From an uncultured Methanosarcinaceae archaeon (GTDB lineage Archaea; Halobacteriota; Methanosarcinia; Methanosarcinales; Methanosarcinaceae), in contig CAWHXP010000003.1 in the NCBI GenBank assembly GCA_963833425.1, positions 384,001-448,000 on the forward strand: 64,000 bases of DNA, read 5' to 3'. This document shows positions 22,122 to 34,749 of this stretch, piece by piece. The translations under genes were made by a program, and so were the position numbers. The notes under the pieces are model-generated. The model did not search any database. It worked only from the letters and a program-made list of their open reading frames with translations, and had not been told where the DNA came from. The number at the start of each line of letters is the position of its first letter. Positions within the stretch are counted from its first letter, which is position 1.

Positions 22122-23102
22122 ATGGAAGTATTATGGCTGTCTCAGGAAGAAGTAAAAAGTGTTATAGATATGCTTTCTGTTATGCAAGTTGTGGAAAGAG
22201 CTTTCAGGCAACACGGGCTTGGTAAGGTACAGATGCCTCCCAAATCCTATATTTACTATACTGCTTATAACGGGGATCTGCGCACAATGCCTGCATATCT
22301 TGAAGAAGAGAATATCACTGGCGTGAAAATTGTAAATGTTCATCCCGAAAATCCAACTCTTGGGATTCCCACCGTAATGGCGTTAATAGTCCTTATTTCT
22401 GCGGAAACAGGTGCCCCTATGGCAGTTATGGACGGAACATGGCTGACAGATGTCAGAACCGGAGCAGCAGGGGGAATTGCGGCGAAATATCTGGCAAGAA
22501 GGAATTCAAAAATTATAGGGCTGATTGGGGCTGGAAATCAGGCAAGGACCCAACTTGAAGCTCTTTGTGAAGTATTTGACCCTGAACTAGTGAAAATAAC
22601 TTCCAGAACGAAAAAAAGCTGTGAACAATTTATCCGAGACATGGCAGGCACTCAGCCTTCAGAAATTCGCTACGAAGAAAAAATAGAAAATGTATGCGAT
22701 TGTGATATTTTGGTGACAACAACTACAACCCGCAAACCGATCGTGAAAGCCCAATGGATTAAAGAAGGTACTCATATAAATGCAATTGGAGCCGATGCAG
22801 TGGGAAAAGAAGAACTCGATCCCGAACTTATTATCCACTCCAAGATAATTGTAGATGATATGGTCCAGGCGCTTCATTCGGGTGAAGTAAATGTTCCTCT
22901 TTCGAAGCACTACATTTCTGAAAATGATATCCATGCTCAGCTCGGTGAAATAATAGTAGGTCTGAAACCTGGTCGGGTCAATGAAGAGGAGATTACAATC
23001 TTCGATTCAACAGGTCTTGCCATTCAGGACGTTGCAGCTGCACATCTGGTTTATGAGAGGGCTGTCAGTAAAGGGATCGGAAGTCAAGTACACATGTTCT
23101 AA
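22122..23102 (+). CDS. ala: Archaeal alanine dehydrogenase (ornithine cyclodeaminase/mu-crystallin family)
   Basis: QMPPK, GDLRTMPAY, KIVNVHP, RTGAAG, GAGNQA, FDSTGLAIQD. Confidence 0.9.
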   Translation: MEVLWLSQEEVKSVIDMLSVMQVVERAFRQHGLGKVQMPPKSYIYYTAYNGDLRTMPAYLEEENITGVKIVNVHPENPTLGIPTVMALIVLISAETGAPMAVMDGTWLTDVRTGAAGGIAAKYLARRNSKIIGLIGAGNQARTQLEALCEVFDPELVKITSRTKKSCEQFIRDMAGTQPSEIRYEEKIENVCDCDILVTTTTTRKPIVKAQWIKEGTHINAIGADAVGKEELDPELIIHSKIIVDDMVQALHSGEVNVPLSKHYISENDIHAQLGEIIVGLKPGRVNEEEITIFDSTGLAIQDVAAAHLVYERAVSKGIGSQVHMF

Positions 23103-23785
23103 AGATATATGTTCTCACTAAACTTCAGTCCCCTTTATTCCTTGTTAATTTCCTCAACTAATAACTATATAGCAGCTTATAAGAATATAATTTGATTAGT
23201 ATAAATAATCTTCAAAGTAAAAATTGGCACTTAATAAATTTAGAATAATAAATTTAATTTCAAGTGCATAAATTTCTCCGCTGATCACAAAATGATTATT
23301 TCAATAAATTTCACTTGACATAAAGACGCCTTCGTATCCCATTATATGTGACGAAAAATGTCCATATTTCCTTTATATTTGAGAACTGCACTCAACTGAA
23401 GACTAAGTAGCTTTTTTATCCATTTTTTCTCTTTTGAGAACAAATTCCCAAGTACATTCTTCGTATTCTATGGGTGTTAGATTCCAATTAAATTTTGATC
23501 AATGAGAAAGAATTTTTTGATGTTAATTGCAGCTTTAATATCTCTATGATGTTTTCTGTTGAGGCAAATTGTAAACTAATAAAAAAGTCATTCATAACTA
23601 TACAACAAACTGGAACTACTTAGGAGATACGAGATTATTTATATCAGGCTGGCATTTAGCAGGCAAAAAGGTTATCCTATCTTTTTATTCAATGCAAATT
23701 TATTCGAATATACAATTCATCAATACTTTGTATATATCATAAATATCACATATTCTACACATATTACATATTTGAGAGGTAAATT

Positions 23786-24964
23786 ATGTTTCAGATAGGA
23801 GAAGCATTAATGGGGCAGGGCTCAGAGCTTGCCCATGTTGATTTAATGATAGGAGATAAGGTTGGTCCTGTGGGACAGGCTTTTGCAAACGGCCTGACTC
23901 AACTTTCGGCCGGACATACTCCACTTCTGTCCGTCATCAGGCCGAACCTACCACCCAAACCTTCCACCCTTATAATTCCAAAGGTCACGGTAAAGAATAT
24001 GGAGCAGGCAGCAAAGATTTTCGGACCTGCCCAGTCAGCAGTTGCAAAGGCAGTAGCAGACTCTGTCGAAGAAGGCGTAATCTTGAAGGAACAAGTTGAA
24101 AACGTTGTTATCGTAGCAAGCGTCTTCATTCACCCAGAAGCTCGAGACTATAACAAAATTTACAGATATAACTATGGAGCTACAAAACTCGCAATTAAAC
24201 GTGCTATGGAAGGCTTCCCGGATATTGACAGAGTTCTCGAGGAGAGTAATAAGTCCACTCATGCCATTATGGGATTCAAAGTCGTTAGGCTCTGGGACCC
24301 GCCCTATTTACAGATCGCTTTTGATAACCCTAACTTGGAAGCTGCACTTTCTGCGATTTCCCAGATTCCTAACAGCGATCATGTGATCATCGAAGCGGGT
24401 ACGCCTCTTATAAAACGCTATGGTGTTGATATAATCTCAAAAATTAGGCAAGTAAGACCCGATGCTTTCATTGTCGCTGACTTAAAAACCCTTGATACCG
24501 GAAACCTTGAAGCAAGGATGGTAGCAGATGCTGCAGGTGACGCCATTGTAGTCTCTGCTCTTGCTCCAATCAACACTATTGACAAGCTCATCGAAGAAGC
24601 CCATAAAACAGGTATTTATGCAGTCATGGACACCCTCAACCAGCATGATCCAATTTCTGTCCTAAAAAATCTTAAGATTATGCCTGATGTCATTGAACTC
24701 CATCGTGGAATTGACATTGAAAGTACTGAACATGCCTGGGGAGATATTGCTGAGATTAAGAAGGTTGCTCAAAAAGCTTTAATTGCCGTTGCTGGGGGAG
24801 TCCGTCTTGACAAGGTACCTGTGGCTCTAAATCAGGGTGCTGACATTCTTGTTGTCGGACGTGCAATCACCAATGCAAAAGATGTTAGGGAAGTTGCAGA
24901 GCAGTTTATCAACAGCCTTAATAAGCCTGAAATTGACCAGTTCAGAATTATGACGGACTTTTGA
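23786..24964 (+). CDS. fae-hps: Bifunctional formaldehyde-activating enzyme / 3-hexulose-6-phosphate synthase
   Basis: IGEAL..ELAHVDL, GPAQSAVAKAV (Fae); EAGTPLIK, ADLKTLDTG, VVGRAI (Hps). Confidence 0.96.
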   Translation: MFQIGEALMGQGSELAHVDLMIGDKVGPVGQAFANGLTQLSAGHTPLLSVIRPNLPPKPSTLIIPKVTVKNMEQAAKIFGPAQSAVAKAVADSVEEGVILKEQVENVVIVASVFIHPEARDYNKIYRYNYGATKLAIKRAMEGFPDIDRVLEESNKSTHAIMGFKVVRLWDPPYLQIAFDNPNLEAALSAISQIPNSDHVIIEAGTPLIKRYGVDIISKIRQVRPDAFIVADLKTLDTGNLEARMVADAAGDAIVVSALAPINTIDKLIEEAHKTGIYAVMDTLNQHDPISVLKNLKIMPDVIELHRGIDIESTEHAWGDIAEIKKVAQKALIAVAGGVRLDKVPVALNQGADILVVGRAITNAKDVREVAEQFINSLNKPEIDQFRIMTDF

Positions 24965-25097
24965 GATGATTTTAAATTCCGTAAAAAGCTGCTAAAAAAG
25001 TAAAATATAACACAACTATTAGTAGAAAACTATAAGAGAAAGCGAGAATTTTAATGCTTTCTTTCCATTTTCTATTCGTTTTTCAGGAGGAGATTTT

Positions 25098-25766
25098 TTG
25101 GGTTTACCATTCATTTTACTGAATTTCAAGACTTATATACAGGGCACGGGTCAGAATGCTGTGGAAATTGCAAAGGCCTGTAAAATAGTATCTGAAGAAT
25201 CTGGTATCCAAATTGCGGTGGCTCCCCAGCTTCCGGACATTTACAGAGTAGCCTCGGAAGTTGAACTTCAAGTATTTTCTCAACACATGGATGGAATAGG
25301 AGAAGGAAGCTTTACTGGACATATTTTTGGGAAATGCATAAAAGACGCAGGAGCCTTTGGGACTCTTATAAATCATTCTGAAAGGCGTCTTACCCTTGCA
25401 GATATTGAAGCTTCTCTGAGGGCAGCAAGAGACTTTGGACTAAGAACAGTTATCTGTACTAATAATATCCCTACCACAGTAGCAGCAGCAGCCCTTGGTC
25501 CTGATTATGTTGCACTAGAGCCCCCAGAGTTAATAAGTAGTGGAATCTCAGTCTCTAGGGCCGATCCTGAAGTCGTTAGTGGCTCGGTTGAAGCAGTTGC
25601 AAAAATCAATCCTGAAGTAAAAGTACTTTGTGGAGCCGGAATCTCAAAAGGTGAAGATCTCAGAGCGGCTCTAGATCTTGGATCTGAAGGTGTGCTCTTG
25701 GCATCAGGAATCGTTAAAACAAAAGACCCAAAAATTGCACTTGAAGATCTTATTAGTTTAGTATAA
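25098..25766 (+). CDS. tpiA: Triosephosphate isomerase (archaeal)
   Basis: NFKTY, NHSERR, EPPELI, CGAGI, GVLLASG. Confidence 0.96.
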   Translation: MGLPFILLNFKTYIQGTGQNAVEIAKACKIVSEESGIQIAVAPQLPDIYRVASEVELQVFSQHMDGIGEGSFTGHIFGKCIKDAGAFGTLINHSERRLTLADIEASLRAARDFGLRTVICTNNIPTTVAAAALGPDYVALEPPELISSGISVSRADPEVVSGSVEAVAKINPEVKVLCGAGISKGEDLRAALDLGSEGVLLASGIVKTKDPKIALEDLISLV

Positions 25767-26249
25767 GTTTCACTTTCTATATTTTATTCAAAAAAGTATG
25801 GATGTTATGAAATATATAGACCTATTTAAAAATAATTGGACTTGTCAGCCATTTTTATTTTAATATTCTACGATTATTCCGATATATAATCCAAATTTTT
25901 GACGTTTTTTCAAGTTATCACAAGTCTTTAATTGTAAATTCATTCAACTTGGCAAACATAATTCATCGCCAATGATTAAAGAAAATAAGCTCAAAAAACT
26001 TGCCCGCTATATCTTGAATCCGACATTTTGAAGATATGTACGTGTATAAAAAATTAGTTTATTATTTCTGCTAATTAAATTACCAATTTATTGGGCAGTG
26101 AAATTGTACAAAAAACCAATTTAACATCCCTAGCACAGTAATATTTGACTCTTCTATGGCACTTGCTGATTACTTTTTAGACAGGTTTGGAAAATAAAAC
26201 TTGGGATAAAATTCTTGCCCACAATAATGATGAGTCAATTTAAATTGGT

Positions 26250-26570
26250 AAAGGGCATTTTTTTGAGTTTGATGCAATCGGTATTAATGATCACAATGTA
26301 CGTTTTTTCTTCGATTCTGAACCAAAATATTCTCCTCCAAGAGTGATGACGATTGTAAAAAGCATCACAAAAGGAAAAATCTTTAAAGAATACTCTAAGA
26401 TTAAAAACAGTTAAATGATTGTGAAATATGGATTAATGGTGACTATATGGAACTATGAATAATTATACAAATTCCGATATATAATTAAAAAAGATATTTA
26501 AAATAATGGAAACAAGGAAGAAAAAGAGGCATATAGAAAAAAAATTAAAGTATTTAATTTTGAATAATTC
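26250..26570 (+). mobile_element. Degenerate IS200 tnpA remnant
   Basis: FEFDAIGINDHNVRFFFDSEPKYSPPRVMTIVKSIT..IFKEY; homologous to 20110-20480. Confidence 0.7.
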
Positions 26571-27132
26571 CTTTTATAATTTCTTTATATCTATAGCTGT
26601 GGCTTGACATAACTTGCAGCTTTCAGTGGGACATCAAACCGAACTTTTGATTTTGAGTCTGTTGTTTGAAGAATTTCATATTTTTTTGAGTAAATTTTTG
26701 AATATTGAGTAAAATTTATGTCAAAAGGTGGGTAAATTTAAATCGACAAAACAGGAATTTAATACTCCATTGACACCATTTTAATATTTGTTTCTATAGC
26801 ATACAATATGCAAATTCAATACCAAAAATTTGATCGAAAATTGAACAAATAACGATTGAAAAACATAAATAATCGGCCGGATAGAATCATAGAAAATTGG
26901 TCAAAAATTTAATCATATCCATGAGTTGTTGAAAATCGTACTAAAAATACTCAATCTATATTTGTATAAAGTAAAAAATACTTTTTTTTGGTTGATAAAT
27001 TACTAAAGAAACGACTAATGATTGATAACCATACTATTACTTATTTATGTCTCCGAAAATGAAAATATCCTTTTCAACATAAAATTCAAGTTGTCAAATC
27101 GAGATAAAAAATAAAAAAATGATCATAACTTC

Positions 27133-29181
27133 TCAATTCTTTTCAATTGCTTTTTTAAATTTTTTTATTAATTCTCTTACCTGAATTGCGCGCTCAAAGT
27201 CCAACCTTTCTGCAGCCCCCCTCATTTCAACATCAAGCTCGATAATTACATTAGGTATGTCTGTTTTTGGGATGTGTTTGATATCGGTTATATCCACTAC
27301 TTTTTCTCTAATAGGTTTGCAGATAGTTGTCGGTATTATGCCGTGTTCTTTATTGTAAGCTATCTGAATTGAACGACGACGCTCTGTTTCTTTAACTGCT
27401 TTTTTGATGGAATCGGTCATATTGTCTGCATAAAGGACAACCTTTGAACTGGAGTTACGGGCTGCACGGCCTATTATCTGGATGAGACTTTTTGAATTCC
27501 TCAAAAAACCTTCTTTATCGGCATCCAGAATACCAATAAAACCTACTTCTGGGATGTCAAGTCCCTCTCTGAGCAGATTGATACCTACAAGAACATCGAA
27601 TTTGCCAAGACGAAGTTCTCGAATAATTTCGGTTCGCTCTATTGTCTTAATATCAGAATGCAGATAACGAGCTCTAATATCGTTTTTAGCAAGGAATTCA
27701 GTAAGTTCCTCAGCAAGTTTTTTAGTCAGGGTGGTTACAAGGACTCTATCTCCCCTTTTCACTATTTTCCGGATTTCCTGCATAACATCCCTGACCTGAC
27801 CTTCGAGAGGACGAATCTCTACTTCAGGATCAACAAGACCCGTGGGCCTGATTATTTGTTCCACCACCTGGGATGAATGCTCCAGTTCGTAGTCCGCGGG
27901 GGTTGCTGAAACAAATATCACATTTCTCATATACTGTTCGAATTCGTCAAACCTTAGAGGTCGGTTGTCATAGGCGCTTGGAAGCCTGAAACCATAGTCT
28001 ACCAGGCTCTTTTTCCGGGACTTATCTCCGTTATACATTCCATGAAGCTGCGGGATGGTCTGGTGGCTTTCATCAATGACGAGGAGAAAATCTTCAGGGA
28101 AATAATCAAGTAGGCAGAAAGGTTTCTCTCCCTGTTGGCGGTGGTCAAAATGCCTTGAATAGTTCTCGATGCCCTTGCAGTTCCCTGTTTCCTCTATCAT
28201 TTCCATATCATAAAGAGTGCGTTGCTTCAGCCGATGAGATTCAAGTAACCCGAGTTCCGGCAGTCTTTCTTCAAGTTCCTCTATGATGTGCTGAATTGCA
28301 ATTTTTTGTTCCTCCTCTGGAATTACATAATGTTTGGCGGGATATACGAAGAAATAATCCAAGTTTTCAGTTCTCTGTCCGGTCTGCTTATCAACTTCGG
28401 AAATTCGGTCAACCTCATCTCCGAAGAGTTCAATCTTGATGATATTATCAAAGTATCCTGGAATGATGTCAATAACATCCCCTTTTACCCTGAAGCGCCC
28501 TGGCATGAGCTCGAGGTCATTGCGCTCAAACTGGATTTCAATGAGCTTTTGCAGAATTTCTTTTCTTTGAACCTTGTCTCCAACTTTCAGTTCAAACCCC
28601 ATTTCTTGGAAGTTTTCCGGATTTCCAAGACCATAAATACAGGATACTGATGCTACAACTATAACGTCCTGGCGAGACATCAGCGAAGCTGTGGTAGCAA
28701 GGCGCATTTGCTCAATTTTTGGGTTGATCTGGGCATCTTTTTCAATGTATTGATCCTTCGCTGGGAGGTATGACTCTGGCTGATAGTAATCATAATATGA
28801 GACAAAATACTCCACTCTATTCTCTGGAAAAAATTCTCTGAACTCGTTATAAAGCTGTGCAGCAAGGGTCTTATTATGAGCGATTACAAGGGTTGGTTTT
28901 CTGAAATGGTTTATTACATTTGCAACAGTATAAGTTTTCCCGGATCCGGTCACCCCAATAAGAGTCTGAAAATGCTCCTTTTTCGTCATCCCTGTCAGAA
29001 GTTTTTCTATTGCCTCAGGCTGGGAGCCCCTGGGCTCAAAATCGGAAACCAGCTTGAACTGCGGGCTATCACGATATCGGGCATCATGCATTGTTTCGTA
29101 TTTTTCTTTTGATGATTTTTTGGATGATGGTTCGAGTAATGACTCGGATGATAGTTCGTATTTTTGACGCGAGAATTTCAT
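27133..29181 (-). CDS. uvrB: Excinuclease ABC subunit B
   Basis: GVTGSGKT, FVSYYDYYQPE, DESH, GINLLREGLD, GRAARN. Confidence 0.98.
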   Translation of the reverse strand: MKFSRQKYELSSESLLEPSSKKSSKEKYETMHDARYRDSPQFKLVSDFEPRGSQPEAIEKLLTGMTKKEHFQTLIGVTGSGKTYTVANVINHFRKPTLVIAHNKTLAAQLYNEFREFFPENRVEYFVSYYDYYQPESYLPAKDQYIEKDAQINPKIEQMRLATTASLMSRQDVIVVASVSCIYGLGNPENFQEMGFELKVGDKVQRKEILQKLIEIQFERNDLELMPGRFRVKGDVIDIIPGYFDNIIKIELFGDEVDRISEVDKQTGQRTENLDYFFVYPAKHYVIPEEEQKIAIQHIIEELEERLPELGLLESHRLKQRTLYDMEMIEETGNCKGIENYSRHFDHRQQGEKPFCLLDYFPEDFLLVIDESHQTIPQLHGMYNGDKSRKKSLVDYGFRLPSAYDNRPLRFDEFEQYMRNVIFVSATPADYELEHSSQVVEQIIRPTGLVDPEVEIRPLEGQVRDVMQEIRKIVKRGDRVLVTTLTKKLAEELTEFLAKNDIRARYLHSDIKTIERTEIIRELRLGKFDVLVGINLLREGLDIPEVGFIGILDADKEGFLRNSKSLIQIIGRAARNSSSKVVLYADNMTDSIKKAVKETERRRSIQIAYNKEHGIIPTTICKPIREKVVDITDIKHIPKTDIPNVIIELDVEMRGAAERLDFERAIQVRELIKKFKKAIEKN

Positions 29182-29342
29182 GAAACCAAGACCTTAAAAC
29201 GTAAGATATTTTATTATTTACTGGGTTTCTGGCTTTTTACAGTCGCAGAATTTGGGAGATTAAAATGATTTTTCGCGATCCTAGAAAATGAAAAAAAGGT
29301 CTCCAATATGTTGAAAAATTAAATGGAGAAATGTATCTATAA

Positions 29343-30899
29343 TTACTGGATCAATGATTTTTGCCTCAACAGCCGGTTATAGTTGATTGCAAATCTGTGA
29401 GCCTCATCCCTAATCTCTTGAATAAAGAGTGAAGCCTGTTCGTCTCTTTTGATGCGGAGAGGATACTTAAATCCAGGTACATAAATTTCTTCTTCCTTTT
29501 TGGCAATAGAGATGATCGGAATTTTAATTTTCAGCTTTTTAAGTTCCTGAAAAGCTGAAGAAAGCTGTCCTTTTCCTCCATCTATAATAATTAATTCAGG
29601 CATTTCATGTTTGTCTTCAAGCAGGCGGGAATAACGCCTACGAACAACTTCGGCAATGGAAGCAAAGTCGTCAATTCCTTCCACACTCTCGATTTTGAAG
29701 CGACGATAATTATGTTTATCAGGCCGGCCTCCCCGGAACTGCACCATGGAACCTACTTTAGCCATACCTGAAAAATGTGAGATATCGAAACATTCAATAA
29801 CATTCGGAAGCTTGGGCAGAAAAAGCTTGCTTTGTAGAGCTTCTAGTTTATTCTGATCTCCAAAAAATCCTATTTCAACATTCCTCAGTGCAAGGTCGAG
29901 CAGCTCTTTTTTTTCGCCCTGCTTCGGAACCGAAATTTTCACCCTTTTTCCTTTAACTTGCGATAAAAAATATACAAGAGATTCTTCGAGAAGCTCAGGC
30001 AAGATCAGCTCTTCAGGTGGATCATTCTCCGAATAGTACTGTACCAGAAATTCTTCCAGGAAATTTTCCCCAAAAGCAAAGACATAGTCTTGCTTATCTT
30101 CAAGCGTACCTTTATAAACCTTGAAAAGCATGAGATAGATGTTATCATTCCTGATAATATAGTTTAGGACGTCTTCATTATGCTTTTTCTGCCTCTCCAT
30201 ATTTTGTTTTTCATTGAGGTTCTCAAGGGCTGAGACCTCGTTTCTGAGGATCATAGCCTGTTCAAATTGTTGCTTTGAAGCTAGATCTTTCATTTCCTTT
30301 TCCATGGACTCAATAAGCTCTCTGATATTCCCTTTCAGGACATCAGCAGCCCTTTTTACTTTATCTCCGTATTCTTCTGAGGAGATTCTCCCTATACAAG
30401 GTCCGCTACATGCTCCGATATGATATCTAAGACAGGCACGCATCGGCATTTTTTTACAGGTCCTTAGCTGGAATGTCTTTCTTACAACTGCAAAAATGTA
30501 ATCTCTCTCCTTTGCAGAAACAAAGGGCCCAAAGAAATTTCCACTTTCTATTTTCTTCCTGGCAAGCCTGATCCTTGGAAATTTTTCTTCTGTTAAATGG
30601 ATGCAGGCATATCTTTTAGAATCCTTGAGTGCGATATTATACCTTGGCCAGTGTTTCTTAATCAGAGTATTTTCCAGGAGGAAGGCTTCTACTTCAGTAT
30701 TTGTGACAATGAAATCAAGGTTTTTGGCAGCGTGCACAAGGCTCTCTGTTTTCGGGTCAAGATCTCTTTTCTGGAAATAGTTACTCACTCTTTTTTTAAG
30801 ATCTTTTGCCTTACCTACGTACATTACAGCACCCTCTTCATTCTTGAAAAGATAGCATCCGGGCAGGTGAGGAAGAGACTTTAGATCAATCATCTTCAA
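29343..30899 (-). CDS. uvrC: Excinuclease ABC subunit C (short form, no C-terminal HhH seen)
   Basis: GIY-YIG PGCY..YVGKA, ECFDISH, IDGGKGQL, RDEAHRFA. Confidence 0.96.
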   Translation of the reverse strand: MKMIDLKSLPHLPGCYLFKNEEGAVMYVGKAKDLKKRVSNYFQKRDLDPKTESLVHAAKNLDFIVTNTEVEAFLLENTLIKKHWPRYNIALKDSKRYACIHLTEEKFPRIRLARKKIESGNFFGPFVSAKERDYIFAVVRKTFQLRTCKKMPMRACLRYHIGACSGPCIGRISSEEYGDKVKRAADVLKGNIRELIESMEKEMKDLASKQQFEQAMILRNEVSALENLNEKQNMERQKKHNEDVLNYIIRNDNIYLMLFKVYKGTLEDKQDYVFAFGENFLEEFLVQYYSENDPPEELILPELLEESLVYFLSQVKGKRVKISVPKQGEKKELLDLALRNVEIGFFGDQNKLEALQSKLFLPKLPNVIECFDISHFSGMAKVGSMVQFRGGRPDKHNYRRFKIESVEGIDDFASIAEVVRRRYSRLLEDKHEMPELIIIDGGKGQLSSAFQELKKLKIKIPIISIAKKEEEIYVPGFKYPLRIKRDEQASLFIQEIRDEAHRFAINYNRLLRQKSLIQ

Positions 30900-30956
30900 A
30901 CCTCGTTCATTTAAGTTTTAAAAACATCCCGTAGATTTTTTCAAATTATTTGCTCT

Positions 30957-33935
30957 TCATAATACTTTGGCTGCCCTATGTTTGAATTCTTGAGATTCCT
31001 CTTCAAAGCCTTTAGAATTTTCATTAATGACATCTTCAAACTCTTCAGAATCTACATCAAGAGATGACTCCTCTTCAGAAATTGTCCCAATGGCCTCTGA
31101 ACCCAATATCTTCAAATCTGAGACTCCTCTTGAAAGCTTGGTAGCAAGGAAACACGCAGTATAGCTCCCCTTAACCAAGGAAACTTCCTCTGGGGTTCCT
31201 ATAGCAATAATTTCTCCGCCAGCATTTCCACCTTCGGGACCTAGATCGATTACATAATCTGCTGATTTAATCACGTCTAGGTTATGCTCGATCACAACTA
31301 CTGTATTATTTTTTGTAACTAAACCATTGAGAACCGAAATCAGTTTTTGAACATCATGAAAATGCAGACCTGTAGTGGGCTCATCTAGAAGATAGATTGT
31401 CATTCCAGTGCCCTTTTTGGAGAGCTCTCTTGTAAGCTTGATTCGCTGCGCTTCCCCTCCAGAAAGGGTTGTTGAACTTTGGCCAAGTTTGATATAACCA
31501 AGCCCGACCCTTGTTAAGGTATCGAGCTTACCTTTAATACCAGGGATATTTTTGAAATGTTCTGAAGCTTCTTCTACCGTCATATCCAGAACTTCTGCAA
31601 TCGATTTGCCCCTATACTTTACTTCTAGGGTTTCCTGATTGTAACGCGTACCTTTACATTCCTCACACTCAATATATACGTCAGGCAGAAAGTTCATTTC
31701 AATTTTTATCAATCCGTCTCCCTGGCAGGCCTCACAGCGTCCTCCCTTTACGTTGAAAGAAAAACGCCCACTTTTGTAACCCCGGATCTTTGCTTCCTTC
31801 GTTTCGGCAAAGGCCTGCCTGATAGTATCAAAAACTTTTGTATAGGTTGCGGGATTCGAGCGTGGAGTCCTACCAATTGGACTCTGGTCGATAACGATTG
31901 CCTTGTCAATCTCAGAATCAAAAACTAAAGTATCATAGTTCCCAGGTGTTACACTCGAATTATATATCTTTTTCATCAGGGCTTTGTACAGAGTATCATA
32001 AATGAGAGTAGATTTACCCGACCCCGAAACACCTGTAACCACAGTCAATATTCCTATTGGAATGTTCACGTCGATATTCTTGAGATTGTTTTCCTGACAA
32101 CCTTTAAGCCGTATGAACGCATCACTCCGTCGACGGAGAGTCGGAACCTTTATCCGCCTTTCTCCGGAAAGATACTGACCTGTTAAAGATTCTGGATTCT
32201 TTTCGATCTCCTCAGGCGTACCTTCTGCTACTACATAGCCCCCATGAATACCTGCTCCAGGCCCGATATCTAGTACATGATCAGCAGCTCGGATAGTGTC
32301 TTCATCGTGCTCCACAACTATCAACGTGTTCCCAATATCTCGTAGTGTCTGGAGTGTCTGGATCAGCAATTCGTTATCCCGCTGGTGCAGTCCTATAGAC
32401 GGCTCGTCAAGCACGTAGAGCACCCCCATAAGATTAGATCCAATTTGCGTAGCTAGCCGGATGCGTTGAGCTTCTCCTCCGGAGAGGGTCCCTGCACTCC
32501 TGGATAGGGTGAGGTAACCGAGTCCGACATGTTTTAGGAACCCAAGCCTGGAATGAATTTCTTTCAAAACCTGCTTTGCGATCTCGCCCTTCTTTTCTGA
32601 GAGTTCTAGAGTCTCGAAAAACCGGATACATTCTTCTATTGAGAGATCTGTGACATCTACAATTGATTTATTTTCAAGCTTTACTGCAAGCACTTTTTCC
32701 TTCAGTCGCCTTCCTTTACATTTCGGGCAGATTCGAACTTGCATGAATTTTTCTAAGTTCCTTTCGTCTGTACTCGGACTTAGTCTGGCTATATAGCCGT
32801 TCGGCCTGAGGGAGAAGCCCTTCCCAGGTTCCTTTATGTGACCAGTGAGCGTCCCCGTTCTTCATGCTCATACTGAAATGAATGCGTTCGTCTGAGCCGT
32901 ACATAAGAGCTTTGTACTGCTTTTCTGAAAGAGCATCAAGATGAGTAAAAATATCAAAACCAAAATGCTTTGCCACAGCTGCCAGATGCTGGCTTCGGAA
33001 GCTATCCAGGAAATTTCTGTACAAGGCCACAGCTCCATCTGCAAGACAGAGAGTCCGATCAGGAATGATCAGATCAGGATCGAATTCCATTTTGATCCCG
33101 AGTCCATTGCAAGCTTCACATGCTCCGAAAGGACTGTTAAAAGAAAACATCCTGGGCTGAAGTTCTTCAAAAGCCATATCACATACTGGGCAGGACATAT
33201 TTGATGAATAAAGGTGGGCTTCTTCCTTCCGAATCAATCAGCAATTAAAAGCCCTTCTGCCTTTTCGAGGGCAATTTCACAGGCCTCAAAAAGCCTAGAA
33301 CGATCTTCTACAGGGTTTATACGGTCAATTACTACTTCAATATCATGTTTTTTGTAGCGATCGAGAACAATCTTGTCATCGGTTCTGTAAATTTCCCCAT
33401 TTACACGAACCCTGGTAAAGCCTTCGCCATTCAGTTCCCTTAAAAGTTGTTGATAAGTACCTTTCTTTTGGCGGATTATAGGTGCAAGGATGGTGACAAT
33501 ACCTTCATATTCTTTGCGAATACTATCTGCAATTTTATCAGGAGATTGAGATTCAATTATGATATTGTGGACCGGACAGTAAGGAGTTCCGACTCTTGCA
33601 AAAAGCAGCCTCATATAATCATAGATTTCAGTAACTGTTCCAACTGTACTTCTAGGATTTTTGGATGTTGTCTTCTGTTCTATGGAAATTGCCGGAGATA
33701 GCCCTTCAATACTATCCACATCTGGCTTATTCATGAGGCCAAGAAACTGACGTGCGTAAGCTGAGAGAGATTCCACATAGCGACGTTGTCCTTCTGCATA
33801 GATAGTATCAAAAGCGAGGGTGGATTTTCCAGAGCCTGAGACGCCTGTAATAACAATAAATCTGTCCCTCGGGAGCTCTACTGTAATATTTTTCAGATTG
33901 TGTTCCCTTGCTCCTTTAATAATGATATTTTTCAT
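30957..33935 (-). pseudogene. uvrA: Excinuclease ABC subunit A split into three ORFs by frameshifts (real or sequencing error)
   Basis: [17 protein letters not shown] x2, LSGGEAQR x2, Zn-finger CxxC; frame breaks near 33235 and 32755. Confidence 0.93.
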
Positions 33936-34042
33936 TTTTCTTCTCTCGGATTCTTTTTATCTCAGTTGAATCATTTAACTGTTCATTTGGGTATTGCATC
34001 ATAATTTCGATGTATCAAAGGATCTGCAGATACATAGACTAT

Positions 34043-34136
34043 AGAGGATTTAGATTAAACCTCAGGTTTTTACGAGTTGTGTTATACATTATTCATCAAG
34101 CATATGACGAAATTTAGGGATTTGTCGAAATTCTCT
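34043..34136. mobile_element. MITE copy upstream of uvrA
   Basis: AGAGGATTTTAGATTAAACC...GATTTGTCGAAATTCTCT, flanked by AT/AT. Confidence 0.75.
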
Positions 34137-34749
34137 ATGAACAAGCAGTTTGAAAGTTTTTGCTTGTTCTTTGGACAATGCGTCAGTGGAAGATAACTTC
34201 ACGCATTTACTATTTTATATATAAATGGATATCATTGATTGAAATTAATTTCATTGATGACAGCTAGTAACAATTAGATGAAGTTCCTAAATATTAAGTC
34301 CCCAGATTTTCCAACATATACAACAAATGTGGGCTTTATATTAATAAAGTGATATAGCGAATTGAAAGTAATAATCATTAAATGAATGGATCCTATAATA
34401 AAATAGAGCAGATTAAGCTTACTGATAACAAATATAGCAGCCCTATTGTATCAAATTGTATATATGCTAATCCTCAACACTTTCATTTTAGAACAACTAT
34501 TCCCCTTACAAATTAGCATTTCTAAGCTTTTAGAGCCAAAAAAAATATGGTTAAAAAATATGTGGAGAAAGAAAATGTCGACAGATTGCGAGAAGAGTGG
34601 AGTTTAAAGCTTCAGCCATATAACGAGTTGTAAAGTATATTTATCATATAAATAATTATCGACTTAAATATGTTTTAGTGTTTTTGTATGCAATAAATAA
34701 TAAAATGCTGTAAAGTAATTTTTCATATGCTCGCTGAAATTATATTAAG